Positions 10,561 to 20,860 of a DNA stretch of 64,000 nucleotides are shown piece after piece (positions within the stretch are counted from its first letter, which is position 1; each line of letters begins with the position of its first letter). The translations under genes were made by a program, and so were the position numbers. This DNA is from a virus (taxonomy: Duplodnaviria > Caudoviricetes). The stretch lies in the IMG/VR virus record IMGVR_UViG_3300032007_000009. One strand, written 5' to 3'. A model generated the notes under the pieces. It was not told the DNA's origin, searched no databases, and was given only the letters and a program-made list of their open reading frames with translations.

Positions 10561-10857
10561 CTATGGCAACAATTAAGAAACTTATATTATTATCACTTAC
10601 AGCCTTGATGATGGTTGGGTGTGGTGATAATATGGCATTAGAAGGTTTGGATGTCATTAATGGAACAAAATATGTAGTAACATTAAAAAGTAAAAAACCT
10701 AAAGAGTTCACTTATAATCTTATTAAAGTAGGTGGTATGGACTGGTATGATTATTCTTATAGTGATACCACGGATTTTAATATTGGAGATACCTTAGTGA
10801 TAACTGTTAGAAGGGTTAGTAATCAAATAAAGGAGAAATAACTATGGTAACAATTAA
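10549..10857 (+). repeat. Direct repeat at two gene junctions (AAGGAGAAATAACTATGGYAACAATTAA at ~10549 and ~10830)
   Basis: Both upstream genes end KEK* and both downstream genes start M(A/V)TIK. Confidence 0.8.
10563..10841 (+). CDS. Putative lipoprotein
   Basis: KKLILLSLTALMMVG-C signal related to that of the upstream gene. Confidence 0.65.
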   Translation: MATIKKLILLSLTALMMVGCGDNMALEGLDVINGTKYVVTLKSKKPKEFTYNLIKVGGMDWYDYSYSDTTDFNIGDTLVITVRRVSNQIKEK

Positions 10858-11263
10858 ATCACACAGTGACTTGCAACAGTCAAAGAAGTTGGCAGAGATA
10901 CTGCCACTTGAAAGTGCGGATATGGTATATTTTGGCATTCATCAAGGTATGGATGGTAAATATTATCTGAGTGGAACTAACACTGAAGAAGATGTTGTTC
11001 CCATTTATAAAAATCTCTGTACTAAAGTATTTACAAAAACAACTACGAACGATATTATTTGTATGTTACCTTGTTGGTCGCTTGTAGCACTGCTTGGTGT
11101 CATAAGAGAAAAAATAGGTTATACCCTTTATGGTGTTAACAATGTATATATGTCTTGTAACCTTGGTGACAAACCTTGGAAACTTGAAACAGAAGTATAT
11201 GACAACGAAGTTGATGCTTGTGTAGCTATGATTGAGAAATTAAATGAAGAAAACTTGTTGTGA
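10844..11263 (+). CDS. Hypothetical phage protein
   Basis: ORF with 'QSKKL...SADM...PCWSL.ALL' pattern. Confidence 0.65.
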   Translation: MVTIKSHSDLQQSKKLAEILPLESADMVYFGIHQGMDGKYYLSGTNTEEDVVPIYKNLCTKVFTKTTTNDIICMLPCWSLVALLGVIREKIGYTLYGVNNVYMSCNLGDKPWKLETEVYDNEVDACVAMIEKLNEENLL

Positions 11264-11490
11264 TTATGAAATATAGAATTGTAGGTAAATATAAAAATAA
11301 CAAACTTATTTATAAAGTTCAAGAAAACCCTTTATTTGGATTTCCTTTATTTTGGACAACTGTTACTTATTGGGGACCTGAAGCACCTCATCCCGATTTA
11401 GTTATACCTGGATGCTGTACTGTTAATTGTGTTTTTAGTAATAGTGAAGATGCAGAAAAATGTCTTAATGGATTAATGAATAAATTATGA
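11260..11490 (+). CDS. Hypothetical protein
   Basis: Overlapping co-oriented ORF. Confidence 0.55.
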   Translation: MIMKYRIVGKYKNNKLIYKVQENPLFGFPLFWTTVTYWGPEAPHPDLVIPGCCTVNCVFSNSEDAEKCLNGLMNKL

Positions 11491-12503
11491 AAGAACTATC
11501 AATTAAAGAAAAGGCAAAAGCCTATGACAATGTGCGTGATAAAATTGCAATAAGATTTGGTTCTAATGTTGCGAAAGAAATCTTTTCTGAGTATGAAGAT
11601 AGTGAAGATGAGAGGATAAGGAAAAGTATAATACATCTTGTGAAAAAATCTCACGAACAAGGTGGGTATGCTTTACATAAAGATGAATCAGAAAAGATGC
11701 TTGATTGGCTTGAAAAGCAATGTGAGCAGAAACCTGTTGAACTATATAATGGTGATGACTATGGTATTGATGGTCTATGGCACGCGCAGCGAATACTTGA
11801 AAAGACACTTGGTAAGGTTGATGGCTACCAAAGTGATGATGGTATATTGGAGCATAAGTGTGCTATTAGTGCCGTTAATGAATTATCTAAGCAGAAACCC
11901 GTAGTACCAAAGTTTATAGTTGGCGATACTGTTAGAGCAAAAACAATGAATGATTTTGTATTTACCATTAAGGATATTACAGATAAGCAGTATATAGATA
12001 CTAATGGTGGTAAATTTGACATAGAAGGGCAAGACTATTTAGAACTTATTGAGCAGAAGTCTTCTTGGAGTGAAGAGGATAAAGAAATTATAAACAATAT
12101 TGGAGAATACCTCAATTGCTATGGGAACTATATTGCGGATAAGAATGAAGAAAAAGCAGCTAAAATTTATAAGTCTGCTGACTGGCTTAAATCATTTAAA
12201 GGTAGAGTTCAATCAAAGCAAGAGTTGAGTAAAGAGGATGAAGATGCTATTGCACAAGCTATACTAGCTCTTGAATCTATGTATGACCCAGATTACCCTG
12301 AAAGACATTATGCTGGATATACTCTTACATTCGACAAGGCTGCCGAAAGACTCAAATCCCTCAGGCATCAAAATAGGTGGAAGCCGAGTGAAGAACAGAT
12401 TAAAGCAGTTGAAGATGCAATAGAATTTTTAGGTTGCACGAAGAAAGTTAGAGAAGATTTAAAGTCGTTACATGGACAATTAAAGAAACTAATGGAGGAA
12501 TAG
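11487..12503 (+). CDS. Modular protein with WSEEDE/WKPSEEQ-type repeats
   Basis: SEDERIRK, WSEEDK, SKEDED and WKPSEEQ modules. Confidence 0.7.
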   Translation: MKELSIKEKAKAYDNVRDKIAIRFGSNVAKEIFSEYEDSEDERIRKSIIHLVKKSHEQGGYALHKDESEKMLDWLEKQCEQKPVELYNGDDYGIDGLWHAQRILEKTLGKVDGYQSDDGILEHKCAISAVNELSKQKPVVPKFIVGDTVRAKTMNDFVFTIKDITDKQYIDTNGGKFDIEGQDYLELIEQKSSWSEEDKEIINNIGEYLNCYGNYIADKNEEKAAKIYKSADWLKSFKGRVQSKQELSKEDEDAIAQAILALESMYDPDYPERHYAGYTLTFDKAAERLKSLRHQNRWKPSEEQIKAVEDAIEFLGCTKKVREDLKSLHGQLKKLMEE

Positions 12504-12624
12504 TTATGATGTGCAGAATGTTTGACGATACAAAGAAAAAATGTCAAGAAGCTTAATGTGAAAATTGCAAAGATAAATCTTGGACGAATTAAACAAGTAA
12601 TAGATAAATTTAAAGAATAATATT

Positions 12625-13458
12625 ATGTTAACATTAGATGAAAAAATAGAATTAGCATATTGGATTATTGATCATAACAATAATGTTGCATTGACTGGAT
12701 CATTATATGTATATCTTAAATGTAAAGAATTAAATATTCCTTATCCTTTAGATAGGGAACCACAAGACATAGATATATTAGTTAATTATGATAAAGTTAA
12801 AGATGATGAAGAATTTCCTGTATGTTTTTGTTTACCTCCTTTTATAGAAGAAGTTGAAATGAATAAACTAGATTTTGATTATCCAATTATAGGAAGGTTT
12901 ACATATAGGGGAACTAAAATAGAATTTCTTTATTCAGATAATTTTAGAAGTAAGTTTACTGAAACTAAGGAATTTGTTTTAAATAGAAATCGTGGTTATA
13001 GAGATATAAAATATTGGGATTTTGGACTTATGTTTGATCTTATTGGTGCAAAACAATATTTTATGAAAATTGATTCAAATCCTGAATATTTAAATAAGAC
13101 CCGTAATGATATTGATAAACTATTCAATATGATTAATGAATCTAATTATGACTGGGAATCTGAATATATAGAAATACTTAAATATTATATTATAAATAAT
13201 AAATCACTAAAAACATATAAAGATTATGGGCGTATTTGTATAGAAGGATGGATTTGGGATAATATAGTTAAGGGAGATTCTGAATTAATAAAATGGTTTT
13301 CTTTAGTATCATCGATAGATGTTGATTTTATTAAAAACAATAAGGATAAGTTTACACAATTTAATGTAAACTATTTACATTGTCTTAATTTTTTAGATGA
13401 TCATAATACCTCAATTATTAAAGATATTGTAAAAAACAGAAAAACCGAGTTATTATGA
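12625..13458 (+). CDS. Pol-beta superfamily nucleotidyltransferase-like protein
   Basis: LTGS...DIDILV signature. Confidence 0.65.
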   Translation: MLTLDEKIELAYWIIDHNNNVALTGSLYVYLKCKELNIPYPLDREPQDIDILVNYDKVKDDEEFPVCFCLPPFIEEVEMNKLDFDYPIIGRFTYRGTKIEFLYSDNFRSKFTETKEFVLNRNRGYRDIKYWDFGLMFDLIGAKQYFMKIDSNPEYLNKTRNDIDKLFNMINESNYDWESEYIEILKYYIINNKSLKTYKDYGRICIEGWIWDNIVKGDSELIKWFSLVSSIDVDFIKNNKDKFTQFNVNYLHCLNFLDDHNTSIIKDIVKNRKTELL

Positions 13459-13730
13459 AACATCCTATTCAAGTAACATTTTTTGATATAACAACATCTT
13501 CAATGAGGTCATTAGATACATTTGATAACATTGTAGGTACAGGAAAAAATTGTAAATATAATTTTATTCCAATTCCTCATAAAGGCGATATTGTTAATTT
13601 CGCAAAAGATGGTGAATTTGATAAACCATCACAAAACTATAAAGTTATTGAAATAAATTATTCATATAAACATTTATTTGATCCTAATTATATTTTTACA
13701 TATGTTAAAGTATTTGTAAAGAGATTATGA
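13455..13730 (+). CDS. Hypothetical protein
   Basis: Overlapping co-oriented ORF. Confidence 0.6.
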   Translation: MKHPIQVTFFDITTSSMRSLDTFDNIVGTGKNCKYNFIPIPHKGDIVNFAKDGEFDKPSQNYKVIEINYSYKHLFDPNYIFTYVKVFVKRL

Positions 13731-14389
13731 AATATCCAAGAACATATCATTTACCATATTCACCAGGAGCAACTAAGGATGATAAGAAACTTCAGGATGA
13801 TTGGTTTAAAAACTATATAGGGGAAGAGATTGTTATAACAGCTAAACTTGATGGTGAAAATATTCATATGAATCAAAAAGGATGTTATGCAAGATCTAAT
13901 GGTAATGTAACTACTTCTCCATGGTCACGAAATATATGGGACCCTCAAGAAGGTCTTTATTGGAAAATTAAACAGTTTATTGGAGAAGATGAAACTATTT
14001 ATGGGGAAAATCTTTATGGTGAACATTCAATTCATTATAATAAGTTAACTGATTATTTTCATTTATTTGCAGTAAATGATGGAGTTAATTGGTATTCTTG
14101 GGATGATGTCAAAATGATGGCAGATATTATGAATATTCCTACAGTACCAGAATTATGGAGAGGAAGAATTTATAATGAAAATGAATTACATAAATTAGTT
14201 GAAAAATATGTGCATGAATCTGAATGGTATGGAGATACACGTGAAGGTGTAGTCATAAGAAGAACAGATTCATTTAAAATAGAAGATTTCTCTAAATATG
14301 TTTGTAAATGGGTTCGAAAGGATCATGTACAAACAGATGAACATTGGACAAAGAATTGGAAAAAGGCAGAATTAATAAATAATATATAA
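13727..14389 (+). CDS. ATP-dependent RNA ligase (Rnl2-like adenylyltransferase domain)
   Basis: KYPRTYHLP.SPG, KLDGEN (motif I), YGEN, EGVVIR, KWVR. Confidence 0.85.
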   Translation: MKYPRTYHLPYSPGATKDDKKLQDDWFKNYIGEEIVITAKLDGENIHMNQKGCYARSNGNVTTSPWSRNIWDPQEGLYWKIKQFIGEDETIYGENLYGEHSIHYNKLTDYFHLFAVNDGVNWYSWDDVKMMADIMNIPTVPELWRGRIYNENELHKLVEKYVHESEWYGDTREGVVIRRTDSFKIEDFSKYVCKWVRKDHVQTDEHWTKNWKKAELINNI

Positions 14390-14399
14390 AATTAAATAT

Positions 14400-14720
14400 A
14401 TGAGAGTTACATTTGAAAATTATAAAGATATTATACCTAAAAATAATCATGGTTTGATTGAAAGTTTATTAGTAGATCTCTTTGAATTGAATACTGAGCT
14501 TGAGACTATTCAAGAACCATATAGAAAGTTATATATTGATTATATAACAGAACATACAGAATATTCTCCTGAACGAACAGATCCATGTCCAGATTATTAT
14601 GGAATGTATAAATTAGTATTTGAAAAAAATCCTTATGAAAGTATAGGTACTGAAATGACTATTGAAGAATTAGATAATGCATTATGTGTATTGATTAATT
14701 TTGTTGAATTTAAGTTGTAA
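14400..14720 (+). CDS. Hypothetical protein
   Basis: ORF in co-oriented run. Confidence 0.6.
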   Translation: MRVTFENYKDIIPKNNHGLIESLLVDLFELNTELETIQEPYRKLYIDYITEHTEYSPERTDPCPDYYGMYKLVFEKNPYESIGTEMTIEELDNALCVLINFVEFKL

Positions 14721-14758
14721 TAAATCTATTTTTATATAAACAAATTTAGTGTATAAAA

Positions 14759-14971
14759 ATGAGAAATATAACATATACTGAAGCATTAAATATTGCAAGA
14801 AAAAAAGGTTTAGAATATGAAATTGCAAGAGCAATTAATGAACAAGGATTAAGTCCATGGGAAGCATTATATGAATGGGATTTAGTATCATATGAAGCTT
14901 ATGATGTAAATGATTATTCATCAGGTGCTGCTCAATATAATGAAGCTGATTTTGTTAATGTTTATAATTAA
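14759..14971 (+). CDS. Small hypothetical protein
   Basis: ORF with 'GLSPWEALYEWDL'. Confidence 0.6.
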   Translation: MRNITYTEALNIARKKGLEYEIARAINEQGLSPWEALYEWDLVSYEAYDVNDYSSGAAQYNEADFVNVYN

Positions 14972-14980
14972 TTATGAATT

Positions 14981-15571
14981 ATGAAAATAAATACTACTTG
15001 GTCACAACAAGATTGGAATAATGCACTTAAAAAGGTTTGGAAATTATCCAGAGATTTTGAAGAGATATTAAATTTTGGTTTAGAAAATAATTTTATAACT
15101 TCTTCAGATATTATTCATGCATCAGATATGTATAAAGATCCAAATAAAGAATATGATGATGAAGAATTAAAAGAAATTCTTGATAATAGTAATATTTATG
15201 ATATTATGAAGATTCTTCAAGAAAAATATTCTTTAAATGAAATTCTTGATGAATTATCTTCTGATGAAATATTAGATAATATAGATGCACGTGATAGATT
15301 AGATTCATTGGAGAATACTTGGGAATTGGAACAACATGATGAAGAAACTAAAGAAATTATATATAAAGAATATATTGATGAATGGATAGATCAATGTGAA
15401 ATTACTGAAAGAACTTCAATAAATAATTTATCAAATATCAATGGAGATGAATTACATAAATTTATATGTGATGTTATTGGTTGTGGATATTATGACCAAA
15501 ATGAATTCGATAAATGTTTAAAGAAATTTAAAGATAAATTAAATAAAAACTCTTATGGTGTTAAATATTAA
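14981..15571 (+). CDS. Acidic hypothetical protein
   Basis: D/E-rich 196-aa ORF. Confidence 0.65.
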   Translation: MKINTTWSQQDWNNALKKVWKLSRDFEEILNFGLENNFITSSDIIHASDMYKDPNKEYDDEELKEILDNSNIYDIMKILQEKYSLNEILDELSSDEILDNIDARDRLDSLENTWELEQHDEETKEIIYKEYIDEWIDQCEITERTSINNLSNINGDELHKFICDVIGCGYYDQNEFDKCLKKFKDKLNKNSYGVKY

Positions 15572-15869
15572 AAAATATATCATAATTTTATTTTTTGTAT
15601 TTATATTAACATTGTATTCATGTAATATTGATAATAAAAATAATACAATAAATATTTCAAAAGATTCTATATTAACTGGAAAATATAAAACAGAATATAT
15701 CATACATTATAATTCAAATTGGAATGTAAAGTGTGAAATTTATTCAGATAAAGAAGTTTATACATGTTCATTTCAAGGAACAAATTTTTTATTAGAAAAA
15801 GATAATTCTGAAGAAATATTATCTACAACAGCACCAATTCAAATCATTAAATCCGAAATAATAAAATGA
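15555..15869 (+). CDS. Putative lipoprotein
   Basis: Hydrophobic N-terminus ending LYS-C. Confidence 0.55.
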   Translation: MVLNIKKYIIILFFVFILTLYSCNIDNKNNTINISKDSILTGKYKTEYIIHYNSNWNVKCEIYSDKEVYTCSFQGTNFLLEKDNSEEILSTTAPIQIIKSEIIK

Positions 15870-16294
15870 AAGAAGAAAAAATTACAAAAAGAATTAAAGA
15901 ACTTCAAAGTGATACAAAGTATACTTTTAAGTTAACTAATGAGATTATTAATTTGGTTTATAGAACTGCAGTAGAAGATTTATCAAAAGATATTAAAGAA
16001 TCTAATAAAGTAAAAGATGAAGATGTTATAATTACATCATCAAAAGATCTTAATAAAAAATTTGGTTCAAAGGAAGTAACATATACAAAAGAACAATTAA
16101 AAGCTGAAATTCAAAATAATATACAAAAAACAAAACGTGATATATATTTAGAATTATTGAAAAAAATTGAATCTGAAACTGATTTAATGAATATTTATAT
16201 CTTTATAAAAGAAAAATGTAAAGAGTATGGAGAACCAGGAATTAGGAATGAATACAATAATCAACGACGTTTAAGAGAAAATCCATGGATGTGA
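15866..16294 (+). CDS. Hypothetical protein
   Basis: Overlapping co-oriented ORF. Confidence 0.6.
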   Translation: MKEEKITKRIKELQSDTKYTFKLTNEIINLVYRTAVEDLSKDIKESNKVKDEDVIITSSKDLNKKFGSKEVTYTKEQLKAEIQNNIQKTKRDIYLELLKKIESETDLMNIYIFIKEKCKEYGEPGIRNEYNNQRRLRENPWM

Positions 16295-16360
16295 TTTGAT
16301 TCCGTTTGAATATACATACATATTGCGATAAATACGCATCAACCGAATAAAAAAGATTTA

Positions 16361-16621
16361 ATGAATTTTATGGGAAATATATTTCCGGAGAAAAAGAAAA
16401 TAAGGAAGGAACGAACTAAAGAACAAAATTTATTATTTATACGACCTTATTGTTGGTATGATGATGGGACAAAATGGAAAGAATGCAATATGCCATGGGC
16501 AGATAAATGTAATGGTAATATTCATTGGTGTTCTCATTTGAAATATAAATGGCTTGCATCATTACCAGAAAATAAACGTAATGAATATGTTAAACGTACT
16601 ACATTAAAATATTTAAAGTAA
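16361..16621 (+). CDS. Small Cys/Trp-rich protein
   Basis: ORF with four Cys. Confidence 0.55.
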   Translation: MNFMGNIFPEKKKIRKERTKEQNLLFIRPYCWYDDGTKWKECNMPWADKCNGNIHWCSHLKYKWLASLPENKRNEYVKRTTLKYLK

Positions 16622-16872
16622 TGAAAACAAGACTATTAAAACAACTTCGTAAAGAATCTTGGAACAAATATGAAGTAAGAAAAAGTGATGCAATAAATTG
16701 TCAAGATAAACCTTGGCATATATATACAAGTCATAATACATGTTTAGCATATCATGAATATAAAACACGAGAAGAAGCAATAGAAGCAGTAAAATTACTT
16801 TGGCATGATGTAGCAGAAAAATATTTATGGGATCATCGAGACCAAAGAAAACGAAATAAATATCCTTGGTAA
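16621..16872 (+). CDS. Hypothetical protein
   Basis: ORF 'MKTRLLKQLRK', translationally coupled to upstream gene. Confidence 0.6.
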   Translation: MKTRLLKQLRKESWNKYEVRKSDAINCQDKPWHIYTSHNTCLAYHEYKTREEAIEAVKLLWHDVAEKYLWDHRDQRKRNKYPW

Positions 16873-16874
16873 TT

Positions 16875-17246
16875 ATGAAAGTTTGGTTGAATGATTTAAA
16901 AGAAGGTGATATATTTTATTTTATTATAAGACATAATATATATAAATGTGAGCATCTCGGAGATGCTCATAATATAAATTATAAAATGCCACGTATAAAA
17001 TATAAAATACTTGAAAATAATAATTTAGATTATTTAGGAGAACGTGAAACATTTGTAAATCAGTATGTATATGATGATTATACATCTGCTGTTGAAGGAA
17101 TTATAGAAATTATAAAAGAAGATATTTCATATGCTAATAATTCTATAGATAAATTTAGAAATGAAATTAATTATTATGAATTACAATTAAAAAATCTAAA
17201 AGAATTATTAGATAAATATAATAAAATATATAAAAATACAAATTAA
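16875..17246 (+). CDS. Hypothetical protein
   Basis: ORF; ATG at 16875 preferred. Confidence 0.6.
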   Translation: MKVWLNDLKEGDIFYFIIRHNIYKCEHLGDAHNINYKMPRIKYKILENNNLDYLGERETFVNQYVYDDYTSAVEGIIEIIKEDISYANNSIDKFRNEINYYELQLKNLKELLDKYNKIYKNTN

Positions 17247-17643
17247 ATTCAATGGTTAATAAAGAAACTATGACTGCAGATATTTCAAAAATGTTTGAAG
17301 ATTATGATAAAAATACAATAACTACAGATCAGGATGCAATATATAAGCAATAATGATGAATGGGTAGATTATCCTTATATTGGAATTGGTGAAAAACCTT
17401 ATTCTAAAAATAAAAAGAAATTAACTGAAGAACAATTAGAACGTATTCTAGGAGGTTAATATATGAATTTAAAAGATTATGATATATTTGTAGATTTTGG
17501 TAACGGTGATAAATTCTATTTAAAAGATTTTATCATTAATGAAGAAAATAAAAAAATAATATTTAAAGGATGTAAAGGTCAAATGACATGGGTTAAGATT
17601 GATGCTTTATATCCAGTAAAATAATTATATTAATTTAGACAAA

Positions 17644-17671
17644 ATGAAGGACATACTAGTATGTCCTTCAT
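17644..17671. terminator. Perfect 28-bp palindrome ATGAAGGACATACTAGTATGTCCTTCAT (bidirectional terminator and/or DGR hairpin)
   Basis: Exact inverted repeat ~35 nt beyond the stop of the CLec gene, at a convergent junction. Confidence 0.65.
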
Positions 17672-17706
17672 GAATATGAAATGTAATGTAATAACTAAAT
17701 AAATAA

Positions 17707-18669
17707 TTAATAAGTAAGCATAGCAATAACATAGTAGTTATTGCCCTTAGTGTAGTTGTGGATATCGCCATTATCAGTATCAACAACATATGCGTGCCAT
17801 GTACTACTTTCTGTCGAGCTCCAATGTCGGTTATTAGCTAACGAATTAACACAATCAGTTGAATATATTGCAGAAATTTGTGTTAACTTAGTATTAATAT
17901 CGTCACGTAAAGCAACTATCATACTCATTTCACCACCCGCACCAAGATACCAATCACCTGCATTTGTTCCTACAGTATGATAGCGAGCACAACAACAAGC
18001 AGCAGGAGTATAACCTACATTTGAATTATTTGTTATTGATGTATCTGTCATCCATGTTGACTGTGATGTTGCAGTAGCAAGAATCTTATCTGTTTTGTTT
18101 TTACCATCTATATCTGTTACTATATATTGATTTACTGTACCTAATGCAGATATATTCCATTCATTATTTGCATCGAATACAGAAGGAATTAAACTAGATG
18201 TTTGTGTTTGCTATGGTGTAGTTAAATAACCAGAACCATATATATCCCATTGATATACTTTTCCTATGTTATCAATTGTAGACATATCAGTTCCATTATT
18301 ACCCCAACCCATACCTTGTGCTGTTAATGATCCCGTTTCTGGTGTTGTATAATTCATATATTTAAGTGACATAAAACGAGCAGGTTCATTCTCGCCAAAG
18401 AATCCAGTTCCTGCGACACAAAGTCCAATTGGAGTATAACCCAAGCTTGGATCTAATATAGTTGAGTCAACCTTCTTGTTTCCTGCAGCATTAGCATAAA
18501 GTATATCTAATATATTATATGATGGTGGTGCAATATATGTATTATAGTGTACTTCATTTTGCTGCTTACAAAATGATACAACATCTTTACCCTCTGTTTC
18601 CATAAAAATAGAACTAACTAAATATGCTTCATATAAAGAATGTTTAGAAAAGCGTTTAAGATATTTCAT
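17707..18669 (-). CDS. Putative DGR target protein (C-type-lectin-fold C-terminus) interrupted by one in-frame TAG at 18211-18213
   Basis: ORFs 18211..18669 and 17707..18051 are in the same frame, joined by 53 open codons (..DIDGKNKTDKIL..); C-terminus 'WYL..GE...HWSSTE...AYVV...NG.....K....YV.A'. Confidence 0.75.
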
Positions 18670-18756
18670 AATATTAATATTTCATAATATATATTTATTT
18701 AAAAATAAAACTTAAAAGTTCTATATTAAGAATAATATTTGACTTATTATGTATAT

Positions 18757-20613
18757 ATGAATATTAGCAAAAAAATAATTGAAATTAATGTTAAAGAATG
18801 GGTATCAAATAAAATAGATACTGAATTTGAATTCAGAGAATATCAATTAGAAGCAATTGTAGATATAATTTATAATATTGTTAATAACGAAAATAAGAAT
18901 ATTGTTATTGAAGCACCTACAGGTTCAGGTAAATCTTTAATAAATATTATTTCTGCTGGTGTGTTATATGAATATTTTGGGTTAACATCATATATATTAG
19001 TTTCTGATTTATTTTTATGGGAGCAATATGATAAATTTATTCAGAATCATAAAAAGATGAATTTTGCTTCGATAAAAGGTCAAACAGGTAATTATACATG
19101 TTTATTAAATAAAGAAGATATTAGAAATGCTGATTGTAGAATGTCAGGTATTTCTTGGGCATCTATGTTTAAACCTGAAAATGTAAAAAAATTTGGATAT
19201 GATTGTGCATATCGTTGCGAATATCTTAAAGCACGTAAAAAAGCAGTTAATTCAAACGTATGTTTAATGACATATCAGTTGTTTTTGTTTACTATGAATA
19301 ATGCTTCGTTTAATGAAGACATAAATGGCAATCAAATATTTAAAAATCACGATATAATATTTTGTGATGAATGCCATAATATACCTGGAATTGTTCAAAA
19401 CCAATATTCTCCATGTATAAAAGAAACTGATTTTGAAAAAATATATGATTTATATGATTATGCTTTCAATAGTCAATTAGATTTATTTGATGATACTTCA
19501 AAATATCAGATAGTAACTAAATTCAATAAAGAAACATTAAAGAATACTTTTGAACAAATTTGGAATGTATTTAAAGATCCTAATGTTTCTAAAAATGATG
19601 ATTTATTAAATATGAAAAAATATGAAAGTATCATCATTAACTTTTTAGATGTATGTACAAGTATTGAACAGAACATATCATATAGAAAAAAAACACATCA
19701 AGCGATATCTAATGATGATATAAAGTTATTTAAGACATGTACATGGTTTCATAATTATATGTGTTTTTGGAGTGATTTCAATACTGCTATAAATGATGCT
19801 GGACCAGAGTATTTAATTAAAGATGTATCTATTATAAATGCAGATCAATCAACAAGTGTTTCTTTTAGATGTACAAAAGAAGACTTTATGGTTTATAGAT
19901 ATTTATTGACACGAGCAAAATATAAAGTGATGGTATCTGCTACAGTTGGTGGTAAAGAAGCATACAGTGAAAATATGGGATTTAGATACACAGAAGATAA
20001 AGATTCATTATTTCATGTAATACCATCAACATTTGATTTTACAAAATCTCCTATTCATTTTTTCAATAAATTCAAGATGTCTTTCAGAGAAAAGGAAACA
20101 TCATTTAATTATTTAAAGACGGTTATATATTCTATTTGTAAAACAAAGTTTAATGATAAAAAAGGAATAATACAAACAGGCTCTTATGTATTTGCAAAAC
20201 GATTATATGATGAAGCACCATTAGAAGTACAACAACGAATGCTACTTTATAATGGTTCTAAAGAAAAAACTACTTGTATTAAAATACATGAATTTTCTGA
20301 AAATACAATATTAGTTGGTCCAACGCTTAATGAAGGTATTGATTTACCTGGTGATGAATGTAGATTTATCATAATACTTAAAGTTCCATATCCTAATTTA
20401 ACAGATACACTTGTTAAAGAAAAACTGAAGTTATTTCCGCATTGGTATAATTCTACGGCATCAAATGAAATCATACAAGGAATTGGACGTGGTGTTAGAT
20501 TTAATGGAGATTGGTGTGTTTCATATATACTTGATGCATGTTTTTGGAAATTATATTTAGATACACAAGACCAGTATTCAGACGAATTTAAAAATAGATT
20601 GAATATAATATGA
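18757..20613 (+). CDS. DinG/XPD-like SF2 helicase
   Basis: REYQ Q-motif, APTGSGKS, DECH, SAT, EGIDLPGD, KVPYP, QGIGRGVR; Cys cluster compatible with Fe-S. Confidence 0.9.
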   Translation: MNISKKIIEINVKEWVSNKIDTEFEFREYQLEAIVDIIYNIVNNENKNIVIEAPTGSGKSLINIISAGVLYEYFGLTSYILVSDLFLWEQYDKFIQNHKKMNFASIKGQTGNYTCLLNKEDIRNADCRMSGISWASMFKPENVKKFGYDCAYRCEYLKARKKAVNSNVCLMTYQLFLFTMNNASFNEDINGNQIFKNHDIIFCDECHNIPGIVQNQYSPCIKETDFEKIYDLYDYAFNSQLDLFDDTSKYQIVTKFNKETLKNTFEQIWNVFKDPNVSKNDDLLNMKKYESIIINFLDVCTSIEQNISYRKKTHQAISNDDIKLFKTCTWFHNYMCFWSDFNTAINDAGPEYLIKDVSIINADQSTSVSFRCTKEDFMVYRYLLTRAKYKVMVSATVGGKEAYSENMGFRYTEDKDSLFHVIPSTFDFTKSPIHFFNKFKMSFREKETSFNYLKTVIYSICKTKFNDKKGIIQTGSYVFAKRLYDEAPLEVQQRMLLYNGSKEKTTCIKIHEFSENTILVGPTLNEGIDLPGDECRFIIILKVPYPNLTDTLVKEKLKLFPHWYNSTASNEIIQGIGRGVRFNGDWCVSYILDACFWKLYLDTQDQYSDEFKNRLNII

Positions 20614-20858
20614 CATTGATAATAATTAAAATTGTATTATTTATATTATTAATAAGAATAATTTTCTTGACGATTGGACATTTAGTTATTGTATTTTATA
20701 AAGATGCGACAAAAATGGCTGTTAAAGAAATAATAAAAGATCCTGAAGATTTTGTAAGATCTGAACATATATGTAAGTTTATGTATAATATGATTTGGTT
20801 CTATTTGTTTATCAAAATTCTTATAGGAGTATTTTCTAATCAAATAACAATTAATTAA
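20610..20858 (+). CDS. Small membrane protein
   Basis: Two hydrophobic segments. Confidence 0.55.
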   Translation: MTLIIIKIVLFILLIRIIFLTIGHLVIVFYKDATKMAVKEIIKDPEDFVRSEHICKFMYNMIWFYLFIKILIGVFSNQITIN

Positions 20859-20860
20859 CT

